Source of the DNA: Narcine bancroftii
Lineage: Eukaryota
DNA: 64,000 nt
Direction: 5' to 3'
Assembly (NCBI RefSeq): GCF_036971445.1
Contig: NC_091472.1
Location: 307,644,001 to 307,708,000, forward strand
The notes under the pieces were generated by a model. The model had not been told where the DNA came from and did not search any database. It saw only the letters and a list, made by a program, of their open reading frames with translations. Shown in pieces: positions 12,053-23,911 of this stretch. Position 1 is the stretch's first letter. Every line of letters begins with the position of its first letter. The position numbers were made by a program, and so were the translations under genes.

Positions 12053-14832
12053 TACAGATCACTTGGCTGTGCTCCCTCTGTCTTTATACTGACAGAGCCT
12101 AAAAGGATAGGCTCCAGAAATTAGGACAGCAAGAAGGTGTTCACAGGAGACTGAAGAACGGTTATAGGACTACCTTGAGTTAGTGGATTGGGTGGTGTTC
12201 ACGATCTCAGCTGAAGATCGGAATGATTTCACTAGGATCATTTCAGTCTTTAGCAAACATCTGTGGATAACCATCAAGTTGCTCAGGGGTTTCCCCAACC
12301 AGAAACCCTGGATGAGCAGTAGAATCTGGAACCGGCTGAGAGCCAGATCACAGGCATTTAAGTCCAGAGATCCAGAAAGCTACATAAAGACAAGGAACAA
12401 CCTACAAAAAGCCATCTCCCAGCAAACAAGAGATTCCAAAGCAAAGGATACCTGACGGCCCTAGCAGGGCCTAAATAACATAACCTGCTACAAAACCAAA
12501 TCCGGTGCAGTCAGAGACTGCAAAGCTTCACTGACAGATGAACTCAATGCCTTTTATGCCGATTTGACAACCAGAAAGAAGAGCCACTGTGCACCCTCAC
12601 ATCTCCGATGATCCTCTACTGACAGTATCTGAGGAAGAGGTGCAGGCTGCTTTCAGGAGGAGTGAATCCAAGGAAAGCATCTGGACAGACGGAGTACCCA
12701 GCTGAGAACATGTGCTGACCAACTTGCCAATGTATTCACAGACATCTTCAACATCTCATTCCATCAAGGCATGGTGCCCACCTGTTTCAAACAGACTTCA
12801 ACCGTACCAGCGCCCAAGAAGAGTGTGGTAATCTGCCTAAATAACTACTGACCAGTGGCACTCACATCCACAGTGATGAAACGTTTTGAGAGGCTGGTGT
12901 TGAAGCAATTCACCTCCTGTCTAAATGATGACATGACCTGTTACAATTTGCCAGATGCTACCTCATTGGATCAGCACAAAGCCCTAGAATCCCTGGACAG
13001 CAAAGACACAAATATCAGTAAGCGGAATCAGATATTTTGACGCTCGCATTTTGGTGCTGGACATTTTGGCAAAGGAAAATGACTTTTGTATCCCTTCTGA
13101 CGTTTTGGTGCCCACCGTTTAGCACTGGTCATTTTGGCCCGGCTCCCCGGCCCACTCACTGCAATGCCTCAACCCCCTGCATCTCAGAAACTCCCTACCC
13201 CCAGGAAACCACTCCCCGGGCAAGCAAGGGCTTTTCGTAGCTTATAGCGATATATTTAAATTATTAAAAACAGCCGGGAACAATCAAACACAAGGGTCTT
13301 TGGTCAGTCTGCATCTGTGGGGAGAGGAAAACAATATTTTTGGATACAATATTTAGGTTTTTAAAAATGTTTAATAATGTTTTTGAATATTTTATTTAAA
13401 AATTTTCTATACATGTAGTAATCAAGAATTAATAATGATACACGTTCCAAAAATAAACTAGTAATTTTAAATTCCAATAATTATATATTCCATTATATGT
13501 AATTAAACATGATAAATATATCATTATAATTTACCAAAAGCCCTTGTGTTTGATTGTTCCCGGCTGTTTTTCATAATTTAAATATATCGCTGTAAACTAC
13601 GTAAAAGGCCTTGTTTACTGGGGAGCGGTTTCCTGGGTGGAGGGAGTTTCTGAAATGCCGGGGGTTCAGGCAGTGCTGCGGGATGGAACTGGCTATCAGA
13701 CGGTGAGTGGGGCAGGCCAAAATAACCTAGACCCATCAGGATGCCCTTCTGCCTTCAATACCATCATATCCTCAAAAGTGATCAGCAAACTCTAAAAACT
13801 AGGTCTCAATACTCCACTGCTTAATTGGATCCACAATCAATGAGAATTAGTAAGGAGAGCTCCACAATCTCCATCAGTAGCAGAGCGCCACAGGGCTGTA
13901 TTATTAGCCCCCGCTCAACTCACTTTACACCTATGACTTTGTGGCTTTATTGACGATACTACGGTAGTAGTTTGTGTAAAAGGGGGTGATGAGTCAGTAT
14001 ACAGGAGCGTGATTGAAAATTCGTCTGAATGGTGCACTAACAATTAACACTCAATATCACCAAAAATCAAGGAGCCGATTGTGCCCTTCAGAAAGGGTTA
14101 ACCAGAGGTGTGCAATTTAATGATCATTGTGGGATCAAAGATAGATAGAGGGTGAGCAAGTTTAAATTCCTGGGAGTCACTATCTCAGAGGATCTTTCCT
14201 GGATCCATTGTGACGAAAACATATCAGCTTTTTCAGGAGTTTGCAGAGGTTTGGCATGACATCAAAAAAACCTTGGCAAACTTCCGCAGAGGTCCAATGG
14301 AAAGTGTGCTGACTGGCTGCATCACGGCCTGGTATGGGAGCAGAAAGCCCTGCAAAATATAGTGGACACAGCCTGGTTCATCACACACAAAACTCTCCCC
14401 ACCCTTGAGAAAATCGCCATGGAACCAGTGCCGTCGGAGAGCAGCAGCAATCATCAAGGATCCACACCATCCAGGAAATGCTCTGTTCTCACTGCTGCCA
14501 TCAGGAAAGAGTTATCGGTGCCACAAGACTCGTATTGCCAGGTTCAGGAACAGTTGCAACCCCTCCACTATCAGAGTCCTCCACAACAAACTCAATCAGA
14601 GACTCATTTAAGGACCCTGATTTTGCACATTATTTATTATTAAATATTTATTTTCTAGATTGCAAATTTTGTTTTCACTTTTTCTCTGTTTACATTTCTC
14701 TCTTTTGTATAGATAACTTTCTTGAGTATAGTTTTTTGAATTACTGAGAAGTAGAAATTCTACCTGGCCCACAGGAAAAAGAATCTCATGGTTGTATACA
14801 TTGTCACGTACATACTCTGACAATAAATCTGA
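12053..14832 (+). mobile_element. Rex1/Babar-type LINE, decayed, split by a foldback insertion
   Basis: FPNQKPWM, ALTSTVMKRFERLV, IIKDPHHPGNALFSLLPSGK and an aataaatctgaa tail. Confidence 0.85.
13019..13734. mobile_element. Foldback/MITE-like non-autonomous element with ~140-bp inverted arms around an AT-rich core
   Basis: Arms ~13164-13304 and ~13534-13675 are reverse complements; ATCAG flanks both sides (13014-13018, 13735-13739); the Rex1 host reads through when the insert is removed. Confidence 0.8.
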
Positions 14833-14834
14833 AA

Positions 14835-14965
14835 ACTGCGCAATATTTATCCCGAACAAATATTGAAAGAGATTATCTGGTCATTATCACAATTGTACAT
14901 CCAGGAGTTTGATATGTTCAAATTAGCTGCTGTGTTTCCTGCACACTAACTGTGATCACACTTGG
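14835..14965 (+). mobile_element. Deu-domain SINE fragment (SacSINE1/AmnSINE1-like)
   Basis: attatctggtcattatcaca...caaattagctgctgtgtttcct resembles the Deu-SINE consensus as I recall it. Confidence 0.55.
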
Positions 14966-14974
14966 CTGAAACTT

Positions 14975-15120
14975 TTGTTGGCCTGGACTCCTCCCCCCCG
15001 TCAGCCTTGTCTTTATTCTGACACCTTCCTGTTCTTTGCCTGAAACCTCAGTAATATATCTTTACCTCCAATGGACGCTGTGAGACCGGCTGGGTTCCTC
15101 CCGCATTTCTGTGGTTTTAC
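14975..15120 (+). mobile_element. Penelope-like terminal fragment
   Basis: ggacgctgtgagaccggctgggttcctcccgcatt end motif, shared with other PLE ends in the window. Confidence 0.55.
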
Positions 15121-15454
15121 TGGAAGCAACTTTGGAACATCTCAAATCCTGTCATATAAGACACACTAATTAATTTTTAAAGAAACTTTCCATTTCCAAC
15201 TCCTCCAGGCCAAAATTTCTCAAAGGTTCCCCTTTGCATACACCCTGACCTTGCATCTTTCTCTAACATATTTTTCCCTCCATGCCTTTTCAAAGATTAT
15301 TTTGTCCTCAAAATACACCTCATGTTCTCTTGAACCGATACCCACCAAAATTATGACCAATTTGATTTGGACAAAGCTAAGCTATTTCTCCTCCAGAGAA
15401 ATAGCTGTGATTGCCTCTCATTCCACTCCTCATCTTTTTCTCTGATGTGCCCTG

Positions 15455-16210
15455 GGAGCATACAGCACAGAAACAGGTTCTTTGGCCCCCTAAGTCCATG
15501 CTGAATATCATGCTTATCTCTATTGACCTCGCTTGTCTGTATTAAATCAAATTCTCTCCATGCCCTTTTCATTCGTGCACCTGTTAAGATGCTTCTCAAA
15601 TACTGTCCCTGCCTCCACCGCATCCTCTGGCAGCTCATTCCAGAAAAGGATATCCTTCAGGTCTACCTTAGCCTCTAGTTCGTCAGCGCCAGAGTGAATG
15701 CTAGAGGGGAGCATGGTGCAACGCTGATAAACTCAGTCAGACGGTGGGAGGTGGTATTACCATCACCCGCCCCTCTCCAATGTAGGTGACGAGAGTGCGG
15801 CTTTTATGGCGTCAAGCGATATTAGCCGCTAGTGACGCTTGACGCACACCAGTGCCGTGGCCTGGAGCAGGTGGAGAGTCGCTAGTGTGCATCAAGCTGG
15901 GCGCTAGTGATGTTTGACGGATGCCAGTGACGCCGGACGGGGCGGGGGCGGGTCTGGTCATTGATGACCGTGACTGTATGGGGGAGCATAGCATCTCTCT
16001 TGGGGGGCAATGCCCGCAGATGCCCTCCTTGGTGCCAACCCTACCTCTACCTATCGCCCCTCAGTCTCCCTCACTCCAGGGAAAACAGATCTAGCCCATC
16101 CAATGAAGCCCATCAATACAGGTAATGTGAATCTTTTCCACACCCTCTGCAGCACAATTACACCCTATTATAATGTGTTGACCTGAAATGTGGCCTAACA
16201 ACATTTTATT
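15455..16210 (-). mobile_element. CR1 3' fragment with a GC-rich unclassified insertion at ~15680-16042
   Basis: CR1 3' UTR words (acagcacagaaacagg..., ttttccacaccctct); the insert has an internal imperfect repeat gctagtgaYgYttgacg. Confidence 0.55.
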
Positions 16211-16226
16211 CAACTGTAATATGACA

Positions 16227-16419
16227 CCTCACTGACAAAAGGCAAAGGAGGAAAAACCCAACACCCAACCCCCACCAACCAATTTTCCCCTGCAACCGCT
16301 GCAATCGTGTCTGCCTGTCCCGCATCGGACTTGTCAGCCACAAACGAGCCTGCAGCTGACGTGGACTTTTTACCCCCTCCATAAATCTTCGTCCGCGAAG
16401 CCAAGCCAAAGAAGAAAGA
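16227..16419 (+). mobile_element. RTE 3'-terminal ~190-bp copy with a 9-bp TSD
   Basis: Near-identical to the reverse complement of 10005-10200; TSD aatatgaca at 16218-16226 and 16420-16428. Confidence 0.9.
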
Positions 16420-16449
16420 AATATGACATCTTATACTTAATGCCTTGCT

Positions 16450-16830
16450 CAAGGTTCCTTTTATTGTTGAATAAAAGTTGCCACGAGGACTGCCTGGTGC
16501 CCCCAATAACAAGAGAAAGAGAAACAAGAGAAAGTCCATTCAGTGACACTGAGTATCCATGGATTTGTATCCAGCATTCCCACAGCCTCTGCACCTCAGG
16601 CTCCTGTTGGTAATCTGAGCTCCAAACCCAACCCTCCGATATGATCAGGGAGCTTACAGCATCCAGAGGCCCTTCGGGAGCCCTTCTTTCCCTCGAATCC
16701 GATACGGCTCCCATAAGCCAGTCTTCAGCATCCCGCAGCCTGCTGCGACCTCTTTGACCGCAAGCTGCCAGCAGCCAGCGGCCTGTGTGGGCCCTTCAGC
16801 CGCTGAACCCCTTGCAGAGTCTAAGGACTG
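16450..16830 (-). repeat. Unclassified interspersed repeat, same family as 52845-53620
   Basis: Shared blocks gttccttttatt, agtccWttc..gRcactgag, ggatttg..tccagc and agcatcc(a)gaggcccttc. Confidence 0.6.
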
Positions 16831-18611
16831 CCATGAAAACATTGAGCTGAGACAGGTGACATTCGAAGAGATCGAAGCACTCTGGAAATGAACATGTCTA
16901 CATCTCCTGCCTAAGGTCCATATTCCATTTGTCTCTAGCCATTCATCACCAGGTTGATACCTTCAGCTCCCACTGGCGTGACTCCTGAGGTCCCCAGTGC
17001 ATAAGTATGTGTGAGCACTTAAATGCAGGAAAGAGCACGGACTGCAAGTGGCAGCAGACTCTGAAGACTTTGAATGGAGCACCCTCCAATGAGTTCTGAA
17101 GGTGCCCAGGAGTCTCGATGTCAGTGATGTCCCTTCAAATCACGAACAAAGATGGAAATTAGGGTGATCCACTCCTAGTTGAACCGTGGGTGAACAACGA
17201 AAGTGGTAAGTTGCACCTAAAAGGCCAAACCATGCCTGGAAATGGACTTTGCGCACAGCGATGAAGTCACTGAGATGTGACAATAGCTGAAGGAATGACA
17301 TTGGTTGAACCTTTGCCGTGCTGGGGGTCAAAAGCTTGTCTGGGCTGGCTTCACATTGACTGCTATTGCTAATGCAAATAGGTGCTCATTTTTAAAAATC
17401 ATACACTAAACAGCTTTGATGTGCAAATAAAACTAGCGCAAATGGGTCAATTTTCTCGGCAAGATTTCACCATTTTAAAAAAATTGCTTCATTCCACACC
17501 TACCTCAGCTTATCTGCCTGATGAAATTCTTTTCACTACTTTTGATATCTCCACATATGGCTATCAAAGTCTTTTCTGTGATCTCATTCATTCATTCATA
17601 ACCCATGATTATCAGAAACTCTGCTCCCCGTCTCGATGCATCCAGTTTCATCCACTTGCTCCCACTGTAATAATTTGTATTGTTCAAAAATTCTCATCCT
17701 CCATAATTCAGTGATCTCCTGTACAACATTCCTCCAATTCTGCCCACTGGAAAATCCTCTTTCTTAATCATTCTGCGACTAGTGCCTGTGTCTTCAGCAG
17801 CCAAAAAGCTCGAAGCGTTGTACGTTTCTAAGACTTTCTGAATCTCCATTCTCTTGAAAATTCATTTTAACCAAATTCCACATCCAAGTTCTAGTCATCA
17901 AGCACACTTTTGACAGCATCAAAGTTTTTCTGAGAGAAGTGCAAACTGCGTTGGATAAGATAATGAATTATCTGTGAAATCAAAATAAATACTTACACCT
18001 TTGAAATTGTTATTTAATGAAAGCATAATTTAATTAGATTACTTGGATTTTGCTATTGCAAGGATAAAAACTCAAGGTTTCACTAAATTCTTTGCAGAAT
18101 CTATTTCTTTAATAATAAATAAGAATTACCACATGAAATACTCAGTTATTCACCATCTGATCTGAGAAATGAGACTAAATAGCCCTGGGCAGAGAAGAGC
18201 GTACAGCAGAACTCGAGCAAGAAAAATCTTGTCAACTACCAACAGTAGAAGAAGTCTAGAGAAATGTTAAAAAAGCTCTGTGGCTTTTTTGACTCATCAA
18301 TACATGCTATTATCAATTAAATACTGATATATACCATTATTTGCAGACTTCGAATGCAGAGAACGTGGAGACAAAACACCTGAAATAAGCTTGCATTTGT
18401 GGAAGATTTAATTTGCTTTATTTCACATACTACAGTGCAGGAGACAAATGGTAAAGATGTCACATAATATTGAATAAAATTGGAGTTACTTATTCGTATA
18501 AAAGCCTTTTTGAACAAATTAAGCTGGAGCATCAGCCAGTATTCAATTATTATAGACCTTGTAATGCCGTATCATATACGGCATTGTAAGGCCTTGCAAA
18601 CTTATATTTAA

Positions 18612-19010
18612 TTATAGGAACATAGGAAGTAGGAACAGGAGTAGGCCAAGAATGGCCCATCGAGCCTGCTCCGCCATTCAATACGATCATGGCTGATCTC
18701 ATTTATGACCTAACTCCACCTACCTGCCTTCTCCCCATATCCCCTAATTCCTCTATCATGTCAAAATTGATCTAACCGAATTTTAAATATGTTTAATGAG
18801 GCAGCCTCAACCACTTCCCTGGATAGAGAATTCCAAACATTCACTACTCTCTGGGAAAAAACTATTTTTCCTCATCTCTGTCCTAAATCAACTCCCCTGA
18901 ATCTTGAGACTGTGTCCTCTCGTTTTACTTTCCCCGGCCAGCTCAAAAAACCTTCCTGCATCTCATAATCCTATATGAGATCTCCTCTCATTCTTCTGAA
19001 CTCGAGCGAA
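18612..19010 (-). mobile_element. CR1 LINE 3' end
   Basis: Tail (taggaa)n, then ggagtaggcc...catcgagcctgctccgccattcaat..gatcatggctgatct. Confidence 0.85.
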
Positions 19011-19464
19011 TTGGTTGAATGAACCACACCAGTACCACAGAGACTACGAAAACTCCTGGTTCAATTTGAAAATCTGATATGTTGATAGACTTCAATTCTG
19101 ATTCCAACAGATTGGTTTGTCCAGCATGAGTGACTGGAAAATGAAGCAAAACATGCAGCTATTGGAGTGGATTGTGTGAGAAACTGCAATGAATTTGGGA
19201 TAGAGCCGAAAATATAATTTACCATTTCATGGAACAAAAGTACAGCCAAACCACTTGACACAATGGAACAAATTACTGATTGAGATCATATTCAAAATGC
19301 CATTTGTTCCATCATTCTTAACTAATTAATCAGCCAGTCAAGGATCAAGCAAACAGAATTAATAAAACATGTAGCAATAAAAGCAGAAATAAGCACAATC
19401 GTGGATACAAATATCATCGACAAAAGGAAGTACATAAATGAAGAGAACAAAAGTTTTGGTTAAC

Positions 19465-19621
19465 CTGTTTTCTCAGAGCTGTTGGGAGGGATTGCAGTGG
19501 TGGTGGGGATGGCCTTTGTGATGTCCTTGGTGGAAGCAGTTTTCTGCTTATTTTTCGTGACCTCCAGTGCTTTGAGCTTCTTGGCATGTTTACTGCCTTT
19601 GTAGTGTGCCTCGGCTTGGCT
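19465..19621 (-). CDS. ZNF385B: ZNF385B-like coding exon, 157 nt, phase 0/1: SQAEAHYKGSKHAKKLKALEVTKNKQKTASTKDITKAIPTTTAIPPNSSEKT (H..H half of the finger)
   Basis: Read by hand in a different frame from track ORF 19414..19650. Acceptor ttgttctcctttgtAG; donor CAG|GTTAAC. Joins in frame to 51089-51199, giving [23 protein letters not shown]. Confidence 0.92.
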
Positions 19622-21000
19622 CTACAAAGGAGAACAAATGAACCATGCAATCAGGCTCATTTATCATACGTACACTAACTTTACAGGCAACAATAAAAAA
19701 GAACTTTCAATCATAGGCACCGAACACAATCGGCCTGTGAGAAAATAGCCAGTGATACCTTCAGCAATTAATTTGCTGAACAGGTGCCTGTATTGAAAGA
19801 TATGTATTAACTCAACTCGTTAATAACATTATTCTACTCAAACTAAGCAACTTATAGGAAGCATGCCGCAATGATAGAGAGTGACTATGTGAAGCGCGGT
19901 GCTACAGTAAAAAATATACTTAGTGTGGAAAACACTGGGCTGGTACATGCAAAGATGCTTCGAGAACACATGGTGGTATCATTCCAAATGACTATCTTGG
20001 ATACAGCTCACTGTGTTGGCGGAATTGAAACAAGCCAGGAAACATTGGACACAGATTACACAAACAAGGGAAGCACATAACAAAGTATCTTTGATTGTGT
20101 TAGATAGCTTCTCGGAGAAAGGATGTCTGCAGATTAGGATCACAATTGATTATCTCAAAAGTTATTTCCAGATGATTTCAAAAAGTTAATGAAATACATG
20201 TACCACAACGTTATTAATTGTAATCTCAAAGGATAAAGCATTCATCTAGAAATCCAGCACATTGCTTTAACACTGAAAAAACTGAAAATCAAGTATAAAA
20301 TGACAACAAATCTGCCCTCCATGTTAATACTGTAGAAACCATTTAATGGTCATTCATAATTGTAGAACACATGCTATTTTGACAAATAAAGCAGAGGAGA
20401 ATTCATCGCACTTGAGAAAGGCTTACTTAGTCTTTTAGCAGTAAGTCTTTCTGCTGATATTTGCAACAAACTCAGCCTGCAATATCAGTGTAACCTCCTA
20501 CTGTCAATGTCTCACTGCAATCAATCCCCAGCTATATACATGAGACCTGTTGAAACACAAATAGTTTAACACATAAAATTTGTAAATGTAGGATATTGGC
20601 TATTCATCAATGAGAAAACTGTTATACATCATTAAATAGTAAATTTGACTTGTGCAAAAATGAAGTGAAATACAAATATTTTTACCATCACCCACCAGCC
20701 TATCTGCACATTTAAATTAAAAATTAATAGATCTTCTGCTTTGTTCACCATTTGCCATAGGATCTTTATCTTCATGACTCTCAGTATTTTCAGCGACATA
20801 AATAGGGCCTCAGTGAGGTTCACATAAGCCATTTGGGTTGACTTGTGTACCAGAAATTTCTTGTCCTGACATGTACTCTGTCTGCCAACAGTTTTCTGAT
20901 TAGCGATTTGTTGACAAGTGCGATTAATAGTTGATTTAAAAAAATACTCCAACAGGACAATAACAGCGGTATCGGTACCTTGATGAAGCGTGATTTATGG

Positions 21001-21297
21001 TTTTTAGGCTGCAACGTCAGGAAAAATCGCAGAAAAAAATTAACGTAATTACTGCCCATGCGCTCTTTAGACTGCAAGTAACTCCCGGCAGATTGATGTG
21101 CAGTACAGTGGGTGACCGTCAATGAATTTTTCCCTGTATGATTTACACTGCAGGCTTCCTCCAAAACGTTGTAGGGGCCCTGCAGGGTAAATCGCGGTGC
21201 AGGAATGGACTCAAAATTCCTGTACATTTCTTTTTAGACTGCCCGTGTAGCGGCAAAATTCCTTGATTGTGCCATTACAGGCCTGCAGTCTACAAAC
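21001..21297. mobile_element. Possible MITE with ~13-bp imperfect terminal inverted repeats
   Basis: tttttaggctgca versus tgcagtctacaaa; internal tttaSactgc repeats; CpG-rich relative to the flanks. Confidence 0.4.
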
Positions 21298-21544
21298 TAT
21301 AAGTGATAAATCAGTGCCAATTACCAATGATAAACTTATCCAGTAAGGTCATCTTCATCCCATTCTTAAAGCCTGTTGAAATTGTACTCTTTACTCAATG
21401 ACAGATCAAAGGGGCAAATCAAACTGCTATTACATTCATATTTTTACAAAGAAAAATATAGCAGGAAACCTCTCCATACTTCGGTAAAATCAGCAAACAA
21501 GGTATTTGTCTGAATCCCAAAGTTTTAAGGCAAACACAAATAAT

Positions 21545-22208
21545 AAAGTAAAGTACGGAAGTCTCCAAACACTGTGGTTGAAGTAAAAACACAATGCTGG
21601 AGAATCTCAGCAGGTCAAAGAGTGCCCTTTATACAGTAAAGGTAAAGCTACTTAGCCAACGTTTCGGGCTTGATCCCTTCAAAGTATGAAAAAAAGGAGG
21701 CAGGTATCTGAATAAAGTGTGATGGGGGAAGGGAGGAGCAGGGGGAGAGCACAGACCCACAGGAAGGAGGTAATAGTTGGATAAGGGAGGGAGAGCACAC
21801 CAGCAAGCAGGGGGAGGAGGGATGGCTCTGTGCACGGCGAGGGAGAGCTGGAGGAAAGAAGATAAATGGAAATGGGAAGGGAGGTGAACAGAGAGTAGGT
21901 TAGCAGAAACCAGAGAAGTCAATATTAATACCATATGGTTGGTGAGTACACAGATGGAAAATCGAGTGTTGCTCCTCCAATTTATGGGTAGCCTTGGTGG
22001 GACAGTACGAGGCCACGTCAGCAGGGGAGTGGTGCGAAGAATTGAAGTGGTTAGCCACTGGGACATCCCTGCCACTGATGCGGACAGAGTGGAAGTGACC
22101 TTCCAGTCTGCGCCCAGTCTCTCTGATGTAGAGAAGGCCACAAAGGGAGCATCGGATGCAGTAGATAACTTCTGCGGATACACAAGTGAAGTGCTGCATC
22201 ACTTGAAA
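21545..22208 (-). mobile_element. Penelope-like element 3' part (GIY-YIG endonuclease remnant plus terminal repeat)
   Basis: QHFTCVSAEVIYCIRCSLCGLLYIRETGRRL...VANHFNS is a PLE GIY-YIG signature. Confidence 0.88.
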
Positions 22209-22214
22209 GTTCTG

Positions 22215-22650
22215 GATGGACCAGAAGCCCTGGATAAAGCAGAGAATCTGCAACCTGCTGAGGGTGAGAACAAGGGCGTTTAAGGCCAAGGAGCAGGACC
22301 TTTACAAGAAGTTCAGGCACAACCTGCGGAAGGCCATCTCTGAAGGAAACGCAATTCTGGAGGAAGCTAGAGACAGACACATGCTAGTTATGGCAGGGTG
22401 TGCAGGCCATAAGAGCAGACAAAGTGAGGGCAAACACGCTAGATGGCTGCAATGCTTCATTACCCGATGAGCTGAACACCTTCTATGCCCACTTTGAAAA
22501 GAACAACCAAACAGTGCCTAGTAGAATCCTTGAAGGGTCTGTGATATTTGTCTCTGAGGGTGACGTCAGAACATCATTCAAGAAGGTGTCAGGCCCTGAC
22601 TGCGTAACTGGTAGAGAAATGAATATCAGTGCCAACCAACTAGCCAGAGT
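22215..22650 (+). mobile_element. Rex1/Babar LINE, 5' part (continues at 32158)
   Basis: DQKPWIKQRICNLLR and SLPDELNTFYAHFE; ...ccaactagccagagt joins ggagtgttcacggacattttc after the LTR element. Confidence 0.85.
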
Positions 22651-22775
22651 TGTCACGAACTATACCAGCAACAATGGGAATATACCACAGACAATGGTAA
22701 TTAATTTTTAATTATTAATTAATAACATAACATATCCTACTTAACTCTAAACTTAACCCCACTATCCACAAATGC

Positions 22776-22860
<85 letters not shown>

Positions 22861-23911
22861 CGTTAAAACCCAAACGATCACAGTTTAAGCTTGATTCTGA
22901 AGAGATTATTTTAAAGTTCTGTCTCAGAAGGCTTTTGTGTTGAAATTCAAAATCTTTACTGCGCTTGAAAAGCAATTATGGAGTACGTGTGAGACATTAA
23001 ATTTCCTTAAGTTGTTGGTCAAGAGCATTAATGAAGGATGTTGAAACATCAAGTCATCAGACTCTTTAAAACTCACACATTTCTTTTGTAGAGTTGTTTT
23101 CAGAGTAATGTTTCTTCATAGGAACGATTTTCTCTCTTGCATAGAGATTTTGGAATCTGTGTTCCACACAATAAGACAGTGCTCTTTTCCAGAGAGGCAG
23201 CAAAGTGAATATTTTCTTCCATGATGATTTCACAAACCCAGACAAGGGTTAAACAAAGTGCTCAATTAAGAAAGGGCATGGTTTAACTGCTCTCCTCTCT
23301 TAAAGAGACAGTCAGAAGTGGTCTTCCTCCTTCAAAAGTCACTTATTCTGTGTTCTCCTTTGATCAGGAGTAACATGTAACAGTACCTTTTATGGTTACT
23401 GTATTTTAATCCTGCGTTACTCACAGAATGGCTCAAAATGCCTCTTGTTCAGTAATATGATTCTCCTAAAATGTCTCATCACATGACAGGTGACATCATT
23501 TCTCTCTTTGAAGTTCATAATGCCTTCAAGAATATGAACCATGAGCCAACTGACTCCAGTCTGTCTATGAGCATAACCAGTAGCTACCTTTCTTGCATAC
23601 ACAGCTGTTTCTCAGGCAAACACCTACTGTTTTGAGTTCTTAATGGAGAACAGTCACAAGACTTTTATGACTGTTTGAGTTCTGAACGAACACTCCTCGC
23701 AAGCAAACAAGCTTCCAGCAGAACAATACATTAACAGACTTTTCATCTTTGAGATCAGCCAGTTTCCATTTCAAAGGACTCTCTCAGAGAAATTGTTTGT
23801 CTGTAAAATGCAAATGTGTCCTTTCCTCCCAAACTAAATTTAGTAAGAAATATATATTTTATAACTAAAGAATTTAACTTTAAAGATTAATATTAACACA
23901 AACCAATGATA
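22651..23911 (-). repeat. 3' LTR of the Gmr1-like element (contains a (TG)n expansion at ~22778-22852)
   Basis: Direct repeat of 30958-32157; adjacent polypurine tract on the minus strand (plus cttccttccc, 23912-23921). Confidence 0.88.

Noticed and set aside
19414-19650. Track ORF MHGSFVLLCRAKPRH...
   Set aside because: Wrong frame; the real exon reads SQAEAHYKG in another frame.
22715-22975. HTHTHT-repeat ORF
   Set aside because: Translation of the (TG)n microsatellite inside an LTR.
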